NCBI GenBank assembly: GCA_964016885.1
Contig: OZ024743.1
Location: forward strand, 143,220,001 to 143,284,000
Length of the DNA stretch: 64,000 nt
Direction: 5' to 3'
Source of the DNA: Eledone cirrhosa
Lineage: Eukaryota
Positions 1 to 11,149 of this stretch are shown here, piece after piece. The notes beneath the pieces were generated by a model. That model did not search any database and had not been told where the DNA came from. It was given only the letters and a program-made list of their open reading frames with translations. A program made the position numbers and the translations under genes. The first letter of the stretch is position 1. Each line of letters opens with the position of its first letter.

Positions 1-1599
1 TGGTGTTTGTACTTGGTGCTTGGTGCTTGGTTCTTGGTTCTTGGTGTTTGGTACTTGGTGCTTGGTGCTTGATGTTTGGTGTTTGGTGCTTGGTGTTTGG
101 TGCTTTGTGCTTGGTGCTTGGTGTTTTGTGTTTGGTGCTTGGTTCTTGGTGTTTGGTGCTTGGTGGTTGGTGCTTGGTGTTTGTACTTGATGCTTGGTGC
201 TTGGTGTTTGGTTCTTGGTTCTTGGTGTTTGGTACTTGGTGCTTGGTGTTTGGTGTTTGCTGTTTGGTGTTTGGTGTTTGCTGTTTGCTGTTTGCTGTTT
301 GGTGTCTGCTTTTTGGTGTTTAGTGTTTGCTGTATGGTGTTTGGTGTTTGCTGTTTGGTGTTTGGTCTTTGGTGCTTGGTGTTTGGTGCTTGGTGCTTGG
401 TGTTTGGTGTTTGGTGCTTGGTGCTTGGTGTTTGGTGCTTGGTGTTTGGTGTTTGGTGCTTGGTGTCTGGTGCTTGGTGTTTGGTGTTTGGTGCTTGGTG
501 TTTGGTGTTTGGTGCTTGGTGTTTGGTGCTTGGTGTTTGGTGCTTGGTGTTAGGTGTTTGGTGTTTGGTGCTTGGTGCTTGGTGTTTGGTGCTTGGTGTT
601 TGGTGCTTGGTGTTTGGTGTTAGGTGTTTGGTGCTTGGTGTTTGGTGTTTGGTGCTTGGTGTTTGGTGCTTGGTGTTTGGTGCTTGGTGTTTGGTGCTTG
701 GTACTTGGTTCTTGGTGTTAGGTGTTTGGTGCTTGGTGCTTGGTGTTTGGTTTTTGGTGCTTGGTGTTTGGTGTTTGGTGCTGGCTGCTTGGTGTTTGAT
801 GCTTGGTGATTGGTGTTTGGTGCTAGGTGCTTGGTGCTTGGTGTTTGGTGCTTGGTGCTTGGTGCTTGGTGTTTGGTGTTTGGTATTGGTGCTTGGTGTT
901 TGGTGCTTGGTGCTTGGTGCTTGGTGTTTGGTGGTTGGTGTTTGGTGCTTGGTGTTTGGTGTTTGGTGCTTGGTGTTTGGTGCTTGGTACTTGGTGCTTG
1001 GTGCTTGGTGTTAGGTGCTTGGTGCTTGGTGCTTGGTGTTTGGTGCTTGGTGTTTGGTGCTTGGTGCCTGCTGCTTGGTGCTTGGTGCTTGGTGTTTGGT
1101 GGTTGGTGTTTGGTGCTTGGTGTTTGATGCTTGGTGCTTGGTGCTTGGTGTTTTGTGTTTGGTGCTTGGTGCTTGGTGTTTGGTGCTTGGTGCTTGGGGC
1201 TTGGTGTTTGTACTTGGTGCTTGGTGCTTGGTGTTTGGTTCTTGGTGTTTCGTACTTGGTGCTTGGTGCTTGGTGTTTGGTGTTTGGTGCTTGGTGTTTG
1301 GTGCTTGGTGCTTGGTGCTTGGTGCTTGGTTTTAGGTGTTTGGTGCTTGGTGCTTGGTGTTTGGTGCTTCATGCTTGGTGCTTGGTGTTTGGTGCTTGGT
1401 TTTTGGAGCTTAGTTTCTGGTGCTTGGTGTTTGGTGCTTGGTGCTTGGTGTTTGGTGTTTGGTGCTTGGTGTTAGGTGTTTGGTGCTTGGTGTTTGATCC
1501 TTGGTGCTTGGTGTTTGGTGCTTGGTGCTTGCTGTTTGGTGTTTGGTGCTTGCTGCTTGGTGTTTGGTGTTTTGGTGTTTTGTGCTAGGTGCTTGGTGT

Positions 1600-4500
1600 T
1601 TGGTACTTGGTGATTGGAGTTTGGTGTTTGGTGCTTGGTGCTTGGTGTTTTGTGTTTGGTGTTTGGTTTTTGGTGCTTGGTGCTTGGTGCTTGGTCCTTG
1701 GTGTTTGGTGCTGGGTGCTTTGTGTTTGGTGCTTGGTGCTTGGTGCTTGGTGTTTGGTGTTTGCTGCTTGGTGTTTGATGCTTGGTGCTTGGTGCTTGGT
1801 GTTTTGTGTTTGGTGCTTGGTGCTTGGTGTTTGGTGCTTGGTGCTTGGTGCTTGGTGTTTGTACTTGGTGCTTGGTGCCTGGTGTTTGGTTCTTGGTGTT
1901 TGGTGTATGTTGTTTGGTGTTTGGTGTTTGTTGTTTGGTGTTTGGTGTTTGGTGCTTGGTGCTTGGTGTTTGGTGCTTGGTGCTTGGTGTTTGGTGCCTG
2001 GTGCTTGGTGCTTGGTGTTTGGTGTTTGGTGTTTGGTGCTTGGTGTTTGGTGTTTGGTGTTAGGTGTTTGGTGCTTGGAGTTTGGTGTTTGGTGCTTGGT
2101 GCTTGGTGTTTTGTGTTTGGTGTTTGGTTTTTGGTGCTTGGTGCTTGGTGCTTGGTCCTTGGTGTTTGGTGCTGGGTGCTTTGTGTTTGGTGCTTGGTGC
2201 TTGGTGCTTGGTGTTTGGTGTTTGCTTCTTGGTGTTTGATGCTTGGTGCTTGGTGCTTGGTGTTTTGTGTTTGGTGCTTGGTGCTTGGTGTTTGGTGCTT
2301 GGTGCTTGGTGCTTGGTGTTTGTACTTGGTGCTTGGTGCCTGGTGTTTGGTTCTTGGTGTTTGGTATTTGGTGCTTGGTGCTTGGTGTTTGGTGTTTGGT
2401 GCTTGGTGTTTGGTGCTTCGTGCTTCGTGCTTGGTGCTTGGTGTTAGGTGTTTGGTGCTTGGTGCTTGGTGTTTGGTGCTTCATGCTTGGTGCTTGGTGT
2501 TTGGTGCTTGGTTTTTGGAGCTTAGTTTCTGGTGCTTGGTGTTTGGTGCTTGGTGCTTGGTGTTTGGTGTTGGGTGCTTGGTGTTTGGTGCTTGGTGCTT
2601 GGTGTTAGGTGTTTGGTGCTTGGTGTTTGATCCTTGGTGCTTGGTGTTTGGTGTTTGGTGCTTGGTGCTTGGTGTTTGGTGTTTGGTGCTTGCTGCTTGC
2701 TGCTTGGTGTTTGGTGTTTTGGTGTTTTGTGCTAGGTGCTTGGTGTTTGGTACTTGGTGATTGGTGCTTGGTGCTTGGTGTTTGGTGTTTGGTGCTTGGT
2801 GCTTGGTGTTTGGTGTTTGTTGTTTGGTGCTTGGTGTCTGGTGCTTGGTGTTTGGTGCTTGGAGTTTGGTGTTCGGTGTTTGGTGCTTTTTGCTTGGTGC
2901 TTGGTGCTTGGTGTTTGGTGCTTGGTGCTTGGTGTTTGGTGCTGGGTGCTTGGTGATTGGTGTTTGGTGTTATATGCTTGGTGTTCGATGCTTGGTGCTT
3001 GGTGCTTGGTGTTTGGTGTTTGATGCTTGGTGCTTGGTGCTTGGTGTTTGGTGCTTGGTGCTTGGTGTTTGTACTTGGTGTTTGGTGCTTGGTGCTTGGT
3101 GTTTGGTGCTTGGTGCTTGGTGCTTGGTGTTTGGTATTTGGTGCTTGGTGTTTGGTGCTTGGTGTTTGGTGCTTGGTACTTGGTGCTTGGTGCTTGGTGT
3201 TAGGTGTTTGGTGCTTGGTGCTTGGTGCTTGGTGCTTGGTGTTTGGTGCTTGGTGTTTGGTGCTTGGTGCTTGGTGCTTGGTGCTTGGTGCTTGGTGTTT
3301 GGTGCTTGGTGTTTGGTGCTTGGTGTTAGGTGTTTGGTGCTTGGTGCTTGGTGTTTGTACTTGGTGCTTGGTGCTTGGTGCTTGGTGTTTGGTGCTTGGT
3401 GCTTGGTGCTTGGTGTTTGGTATTTGGTGCTTGGTGTTTGGTGTTTGGTGCTTGGTGTTTGGTGTTTGGTGCTTGGTGTTTGGTGCTTTTTGCTTGGTGC
3501 TTGGTGTTTGATGCTTGGTGCTTGGTGTTTGGTGCTGGGTGCTTGGTGCTTGCTGTTTGGTGTTTGGTGCTTGGTGCTTGGTGTTTGGTGTTTGGTGCTA
3601 TATGCTTGGTGTTTGATGCTTGGTGCTTGGTGCTTGTTGTTAGGTGTTTGGTGCTTGGTGTTTGATGCTTGGTGCTTGGTGTTTGGTGCTTGGTGCTTGG
3701 TGTTTGGTGCTTGGTGCTTGGTGTTTGGTGTTGGTGTTTGGTGCTTGGTGCTTGGTGCTTGGTGCTTGGTGTTTGGTGGTTGGTGCTTGGTGCTTGGTGT
3801 TAGGTGTTTGGTGCTTGGTGCTTGGTGTTTGGTGTTTGGTGCTTGGTGTTTAGTGCTTGGTACTTGGTGCTTGGTGCTTGGTGTTAGGTGTTTGGTGCTT
3901 GGTGCTTGGTGTCTGGTTTTTGGTGCTTGGTGCTTGGTGTTTGGTGTTTGGTGCTTGCTGCTGGCTGCTTGGTGTTTGGTGCTTGGTGATTGGTGCTAGG
4001 TGTTTGGTGCTAGGTGCTTGGTGTTTGGTTCTTGGTGCTTGGTGTTTGTACTTGGTGCTTGGTGTTTGGTGTTTGGTGCTTGGTGTCTGGTGCTTGGTGT
4101 TTGGTGTTTGGTGCTTGGTGCTTGGTGTTTGGTGTTTGGTGCTTGGTGTTTGGTGTTTGGTGCTTGTTGCTTGGTGCTTGATGTTTGGTGCTTGGTGCTT
4201 GGTGTTTGGTGCTGGGTGCTTGGTGCTTGGTATTTGGTGTTTGGTGTTTGGTGCTTGGTGTTTGGTGTTTGGTGTTATATGCTTGGTGTTTGAGGCTTGG
4301 TGCTTGGTGCTTGGTGTTTGGTGTTGGGTGCTTGGTGTTTGATGCTTGGTGCTTGGTGCTTGGTGTTTGTACTTGGTGCTTGGTGCTTGGTTCTTGGTGT
4401 TTGGTGCTTGGTGTTTGGTGCTTGGTGCTTGGTGTTTGGTGTTTGGTGCTTGGTGCTTGGTGCTTGGTGCTTGGTGCTTGGTGTTTGGTGTTTGGTGCTT

Positions 4501-7500
4501 GGTGTTAGGTGTTTGGTGCTTGGTGTTTGGTGCTTGGTGCTTGGTGTTTGGTGCTTGGTGTTTGGTGCTTGGTACTTGGTGCTTGGTGCTTGGTGTTAGG
4601 TGTTTGGTGCTTGGTGCTTGGTGTTTGGTTTTTGGTGCTTGGTGCTTGGTGTTTGGTGTTTGGTGCTTGCTGCTGGCTGCTTGGTGTTTGGTGCTTGGTG
4701 ATTGGTGCTTGGTGTTTGGTGCTTGGTGTTTGGTGTTTGGTGCTAGGTGCTTGGTGTTTGGTGCTTGGTGCTTGGTGTTTGTACTTGGTGCTTGGTCCTT
4801 GGTTCTTGGTGTTTGGTGCTTGGTGCTTGGTGTTTGGTGCTTGGTGCTTGGTGTTTGGTGCTTGGTGTTTGGTGCTTGGTGTTTGGTGCTTGGTGCTTGG
4901 TGCTTGGTGCTTGGTGTTAGGTGTTTGGTGCTTGGTGCTTGGTGCTTGGTGTTTGGTGCTTGGTGTTTGGTGCTTGGTGTTTGGTGTTTGGTGCTTGGTG
5001 TTTGGTGCTTGGTACTTGGTGCTTGGTGCTTGGTGTTAGGTGTTTGGTGCTTGGTGCTTGGTGTTTGGTTTTTGGTGCTTGGTGCTTGGTGTTTGGTGTT
5101 TGGTGCTTGCTGCTGGCTGCTTGGTGTTTGGTGCTTGGTGATTGGTGCTTGGTGTTTGGTGCTTGGTGTTTGGTGTTTGGTGCTAGGTGCTTGGTGTTTG
5201 GTGCTTGGTGCTTGGTGTTTGGTGTTTGGTGCTTGGTGCTTGGTGTTTGGTGCTTGGTGCTGGGTTGTTGGTGTTTGTTGCTTGTGGTTTGGTGCTGGGT
5301 GCTTGGTGTTTGGTGCTTGGTGCTTGGTCTTTGGTGCTTGGTGTTTGGTGTTTGGTGCTTGGTGCTTGGTGTTTGGTGCTTGGTGCTTGGTGTTTGGTGC
5401 TTGGTGCTTGGTGCTTAGTGTTTGGTGCTAGGTGCTTGGGGTTTGGTGTTTGGTGCTTGGTGCTTGGTGTTTGGTGCTTGATGCTTGGTGTTTGGTGTTT
5501 GGTTCTTGGTGCTTGGTGTTTGGTGTTTGCTGTTTGCTGTCTGGTGTTTGTTGTTTGGTGTTTGTTGTTTGCTGTTTGGTGTTTGGTGTTTGATGTTTGC
5601 TGTTTGGTGTCTGCTTTTTGCTGTATGTTGTTTGCTGTTTGGTGTTTGGTGTTTGGTGTTTGGTGCTTGGTGCTTGGTGTTTGGTGCTTGGTGCTTGGTG
5701 TTTGGTGCCTGGTGCTTGGTGCTTGGTCTTTGGTGTTTGGTGTTTGGTGCTTGGAGTTTGGTGTTTGGTGCTTGGTGCTTGGTGTTTTGTGTTTGGTGTT
5801 TGGTTTTTGGTGCTTGGTGCTTGGTGCTTGGTCCTTGGTGTTTGGTGCTGGGTGCTTTGTGTTTGGTGCTTGGTGCTTGGTGCTTGGTGTTTGGTGTTTG
5901 CTGCTTGGTGTTTGATGCTTGGTGCTTGGTGCTTGGTGTTTTGTGTTTGGTGCTTGGTGCTTGGTGTTTGGTGCTTGGTGCTTGGTGCTTGGTGTTTGTA
6001 CTTGGTGCTTGGTGCTTGGTGTTTGGTTCTTGGTGTTTGGTACTTGGTGCTTGGTGCTTGGTGTTTGGTGTTTGGTGCTTGGTGTTTGGTGCTTGGTGCT
6101 TGGTGCTTGGTGCTTGGTGTTAGGTGTTTGGTGCTTGGTGCTTGGTGTTTGGTGCTTCATGCTTGGTGCTTGGTGTTTGGTGCTTGGTTTTTGGAGCTTA
6201 GTTTCTGGTGCTTGGTGTTTGGTGCTTGGTGCTTGGTGTTTTTTGTTGGGTGCTTGGTGTTTGGTGCTTGGTGCTTGGTGTTAGGTGTTTGGTGCTTGGT
6301 GTTTGATCCTTGGTGCTTGGTGTTTGGTGTTTGGTGCTTGGTGCTTGGTGTTTGGTGTTTGGTGCTTGCTGCTTGCTGCTTGGTGTTTGGTGTTTTGGTG
6401 TTTTGTGCTAGGTGCTTGGTGTTTGGTACTTGGTGATTGGTGCTTGGTGCTTCGTGTTTTGTGTTTGGTGTTTGGTCTTTGGTGCTTGGTGTTTGGTGCT
6501 TAGTGCTTGGTGCTTGGTGTTTGGTGTTTGGTGCTTGGTGCTTGGTGTTTGGTGTTTGTTGTTTGGTGCTTGGTGTCTGGTGCTTGGTGTTTGGTGTTTG
6601 GTGTTTGGTGCTTGGTGTTTGGTGTTTGGTGTTTGGTGCTTGGAGTTTGGTGTTTGGTGCTTGGTGCTTGGTGTTTTGTGTTTGGTTTTTGGTGCTTGGT
6701 GCTTGGTGCTTGGTCCTTGGTGTTTGGTGCTGGGTGCTTTGTGTTTGGTGCTTGGTGCTTGGTGCTTGGTGTTTTCGTGTTTGCTGCTTGGTGTTTGATG
6801 CTTGGTGCTTGGTGCTTGGTGTTTTGTGTTTGGTGCTTGGTGCTTGGTGTTTGGTGCTTGGTGCTTGGTGCTTGGTGTTTGTACTTGGTGCTTGGTGCTT
6901 GGTGTTTGGTTCTTGGTGTTTGGTACTTTGTGCTTGGTGCTTGGTGTTAGGTGTTTGGTGCTTGGTGCTTGGTGTTTGGTGCTTCATGCTTGGTGCTTGG
7001 TGTTTGGTGCTTGGTTTTTGGAGCTTAGTTTCTGGTGCTTGGTGTTTGGTGCTTGGTGCTTGGTGTTTGGTGTTGGGTGCTTGGTGTTTGGTGCTTGGTG
7101 CTTGGTGTTAGGTGTTTGGTGCTTGGTGTTTGATCCTTGGTGCTTGCTGTTTGGTGTTTGGTGCTTGGTGCTTGGTGTTTGGTGTTTGGTGCTTGCTGCT
7201 TGCTGCTTGGTGTTTGGTGTTTTGGTGTTTTGTGCTAGGTGCTTGGTGTTTGGTACTTGGTGATTGGTGCTTGGTGTTTGGTGTTTGATGCTTGGTGCTT
7301 GGTGTTTGGTGTTTGTTGTTTGGTGCTTGGTGTCTGGTGCTTGGAGTTTGGTGTTCGGTGTTTGGTGCTTTTTGCTTGGTGCTTGGTGCTTGGTGTTTGG
7401 TGCTTGGTGCTTGGTGTTTGGTGCTGGGTGCTTGGTGATTGGTGTTTGGTGTTATATGCTTGGTGTTTGATGCTTGGTGCTTGGTGCTTGGTGTTTGGTG

Positions 7501-10300
7501 TTTGATGCTTGGTGCTTGGTGCTTGGTGCTTGGTGCTTGGTGTTTGGTGCTTGGTGCTTGGTGTTTGGTGTTTGGTGCTTGGTGTTTGGTGCTTGGTACT
7601 TGGTGCTTGGTGCTTGGTGTTAGGTGTTTGGTGCTTGGTGCTTGGTGTCTGGTTTTTGGTGCTTGGTGCTTGGTGTTTGGTGTTTGGTGCTTGCTGCTGG
7701 CTGCTTGGTGTTTGGTGCTTGGTGATTGGTGCTAGGTGTTTGGTGCTAGGTGCTTGGTGTTTGGTTCTTGGTGCTTGGTGTTTGTACTTGGTGCTTGGTG
7801 TTTGGTGCTTGGTGTCTGGTGCTAGGTGTTTGGTGTTTGGTGCTTGGTGCTTGGTGTTTGGTGTTTGGTGCTTGGTGTTTGGTGTTTGGTGCGTGTTGCT
7901 TGGTGCTTGATGTTTGGTGCTTGGTGCTTGGTGTTTGGTGCTGGGTGCTTGGTGCTTGGTATTTGGTGTTTGGTGTTTGGTGCTTGGTGTTTGGTGTTTG
8001 GTGTTATATGCTTGGTGTTTGAGGCTTGGTGCTTGGTGCTTGGTGTTTGGTGTTGGGTGCTTGGTGTTTGATGCTTGCTGCTTGGTGCTTGGTGTTTGTA
8101 CTTGGTGCTTGGTGCTTGGTTCTTGGTGTTTGGTGCTTGGTGTTTGGTACTTGGTGCTTGGTGTTTGGTGTTTGGTGCTTGGTGCTTGGTGCTTGGTGCT
8201 TGGGGTTTGGTGCTTGGTGTTTGGTGCTTGGTGTTTGGTGTTTGGTGCTTGGTGTTTGGTGCTTGGTACTTGGTGCTTGGTGCTTGGTGTTAGGTGTTTG
8301 GTGCTTGGTGCTTGGTGTTTGGTTTTTGGTGCTTGGTGCTTGGTGTTTGGTGTTTGGTGCTTGCTGCTGGCTGCTTGGTGTTTGGTGCTTGGTGATTGGT
8401 GCTTGGTGTTTGGTGCTTGGTGTTTGGTGCTAGGTGCTTGGTGTTTGGTGCTTGGTGCTTGGTGTTTGTACTTGGTGCTTGGTCCTTGGTTCTTGGTGTT
8501 TGGTGCTTGGTGCTTGGTGTTTGGTGCTTGGTGCTTGGTGTTTGGTGCTTGGTGTTTGGTGCTTGGTGTTTGGTGCTTGGTGCTTGGTGCTTGGTGCTTG
8601 GTGTTAGGTGTTTGGTGCTTGGTGCTTTGTGTTTGGTGCTTGGTGTTTGGTGCTTGGTGTTTGGTGTTTGGTGCTTGGTGTTTGGTGCTTGGTACTTGGT
8701 GCTTGGTGCTTGGTGTTAGGTGTTTGGTGCTTGGTGCTTGCTGTTTGGTTTTTGGTGCTTGGTGATTGGTGCTTGGTGTTTGGTGCTTGGTGTTTGGTGT
8801 TTGGTGCTAGGTGCTTGGTGTTTGGTGCTTGGTGCTTGGTGTTTGGTGTTTGGTGCTTGGTGCTTGGTGTTTGGTGCTTGGTGCTGGGTGGTTGGTGTTT
8901 GTTACTTGTGGTTTGGTGCTGGGTGCTTGGTGTTTGGTGCTTGGTGCTTGGTCTTTGGTGCTTGGTGTTTGGTGTTTGGTGCTTGGTGCTTGGTGTTTGG
9001 TGCTTGGTGCTTGGTGTTTGGTGCTTGGTGCTTGGTGCTTAGTGTTTGGTGCTAGGTGCTTGGGGTTTGGTGTTTGGTGCTTGGTGCTTGGTGTTTGGCG
9101 CTTGATGCTTGGTGTTTGGTGTTTGGTTCTTGGTGCTTGGTGTTTGGTGTTTGCTGTTTGCTGTTTGGTGTTTGTTGTTTGGTGTTTGTTGTTTGCTGTT
9201 TGGTGTTTGGTGTTTGATGTTTGCTGTTTGGTGTCTGCTTTTTGCTGTATGTTGTTTGCTGTTTGGTGTTTGGTGTTTGGTGTTTGGTGCTTGGTGCTTG
9301 GTGTTTGGTGCTTGGTGCTTGGTGTTTGGTGCCTGGTGCTTGGTGCTTGGTCTTTGGTGTTTGGTGTTTGGTGCTTGGAGTTTGGTGTTTGGTGCTTGGT
9401 GCTTGGTGTTTTGTGTTTGATGTTTGGTTTTTGGTGCTTGGTGCTTGGTGCTTGGTCCTTGGTGTTTGGTGCTGGGTGCTTTGTGTTTGGTGCTTGGTGC
9501 TTGGTGCTTGGTGTTTGGTGTTTGCTGCTTGGTGTTTGATGCTTGGTGCTTGGTGCTTGGTGTTTTGTGTTTGGTGCTTGGTGCTTGGTGTTTGGTGCTT
9601 GGTGCTTGGTGCTTGGTGTTTGTACTTGGTGCTTGGTGCTTGGTGTTTGGTTCTTGGTGATTGGTACTTGGTGCTTGGTGCTTAGTGTTTGGTGTTTGGT
9701 GCTTGGTGTTTGGTGCTTGGTGCTTGGTGCTTGGTGCTTGGTGTTAGGTGTTTGGTGCTTGGTGCTTGGTGTTTGGTGCTTCGTTTTTGGAGCTTAGTTT
9801 CTGGTGCTTGGTGTTTGGTGCTTGGTGCTTGGTGTTTGGTGTTGGGTGCTTGGTGTTTGGTGCTTGGTGCTTGGTGTTAGGTGTTTGGTGCTTGGTGTTT
9901 GATCCTTGGTGCTTGGTGTTTGGTGTTTGGTGCTTGGTGCTTGGTGTTTGGTGTTTGATGCTTGCTGCTTGCTGCTTGGTGTTTGGTGTTTTGGTGTTTT
10001 GTGCTAGGTGCTTGGTGTTTGGTACTTGGTGATTGGTGCTTGGTGCTTCGTGTTTTGTGTTTGGTCTTTGGTCTTTGGTGCTTGGTGTTTGGTGCTTAGT
10101 GCTTGGTGTTTGGTGCTAGGTGCTTGGTGTTTGGTGCTTGGTGCTTGGTGTTTGGTGTTTGTTGTTTGGTGCTTGGTGTCTGGTGCTTGGTGTTTGGTGC
10201 TTGGAGTTTTGTGTTCGGTGTTTGGTGCTTTTTGCTTGGTGCTTGGTGCTTGGTGTTTGGTGCTTGGTGCTTGGTGTTTGGTGCTGGGTGCTTGGTGATT
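1600..10300 (+). repeat. Left-flank higher-order repeat, period about 3.6-3.7 kb (about 2.3 diverged copies), with nested 461-, 440- and about 830-880-bp local duplications
   Basis: Landmark GGAGCTTAGTTTCTGG at 2517, 6193 and 9789 (spacings 3,676 and 3,596), with extra copies at 1405 and 7020. Matching ORF-track strings at 2243/5919/9543 and 5187/8811, 5485/9109 (offset 3,624). Local pairs at 1782/2243 (461) and 4561/5001 (440). Confidence 0.8.
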
Positions 10301-11149
10301 GGTGTTTGGTGTTATATGCTTGGTGTTTGATGCTTGGTGCTTGGTGCTTGGTGTTTGGTCTTTGGTGTTTGATGCTTGGTGCTTGGTGCTTGGTGTTTGG
10401 TGCTTGGTGCTTGGTGTTTGTACTTGGTGCTTGGTGCTTGGTGCTTGGTGTTTGGTGCTTGGTGCTTGGTGCTTGGTGCTTGGTGTTTGGTATTTGGTGC
10501 TTGGTGTTTGGTGTTTGGTGCTTGGTGTTTGGTGCTTGGTACTTAGTGCTTGGTGCTTGGTGTTAGGTGTTTGGTGCTTGGTGTTTGGTGCTTGGTGTTT
10601 GGTGCTTGGTGTTTGGTGCTTGGTGTTTGGTGCTTGGTGCTTGGTGCTTGGTGCTTGGTGTTTGGTGCTTGGTGTTTGGTGCTTGGTGTTAGGTGTTTGG
10701 TGCTTGGTGCTTGGTGTTTGGTGTTTGGTGCTTGGTGTTTGGTGTTTGGTGTTATATGCTTGGTGTTTGATGCTTGGTGCTTGGTGCTTGGTGTTTGGTG
10801 CTTGGTGTTTGATGCTTGGTGCTTGGTGCTTGGTGTTTGGTGCTTGGTGCTTGGTGTTTGTACTTGGTGCTTGGTGCTTGGTTCTTGGTGTTTGGTGCTT
10901 GGTGCTTGGTGTTTGGTGCTTGGTGCTTGGTGTTTGGTGCTTGGTGTTTGGTGCTTGGTGTTTGGTGCTTGGTACTTGGTGCTTGGTGCTTGGTGTTTGG
11001 TGCTTGGTGTTTGGTGCTTGGTGTTAGGTGTTTGGTGCTTGGTGCTTGGTGTTTGGTGTTTGGTGCTTGGTGTTTGGTGCTTGGTGTTTGGTGTTAGGTG
11101 TTTGGTGCTTGGTGTTTGGTGTTTGATGCTTGGTGTTTGGTGCTTGGTG

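Noticed and set aside
780-790. GCTGGCTG resembling the E. coli Chi site GCTGGTGG
   Set aside because: Not an exact match, and nothing indicates an enterobacterial context.
2970-2977. TTATATGC as a TATA box/promoter
   Set aside because: It is a double-substituted monomer propagated by duplication. There is no downstream gene or other promoter evidence.
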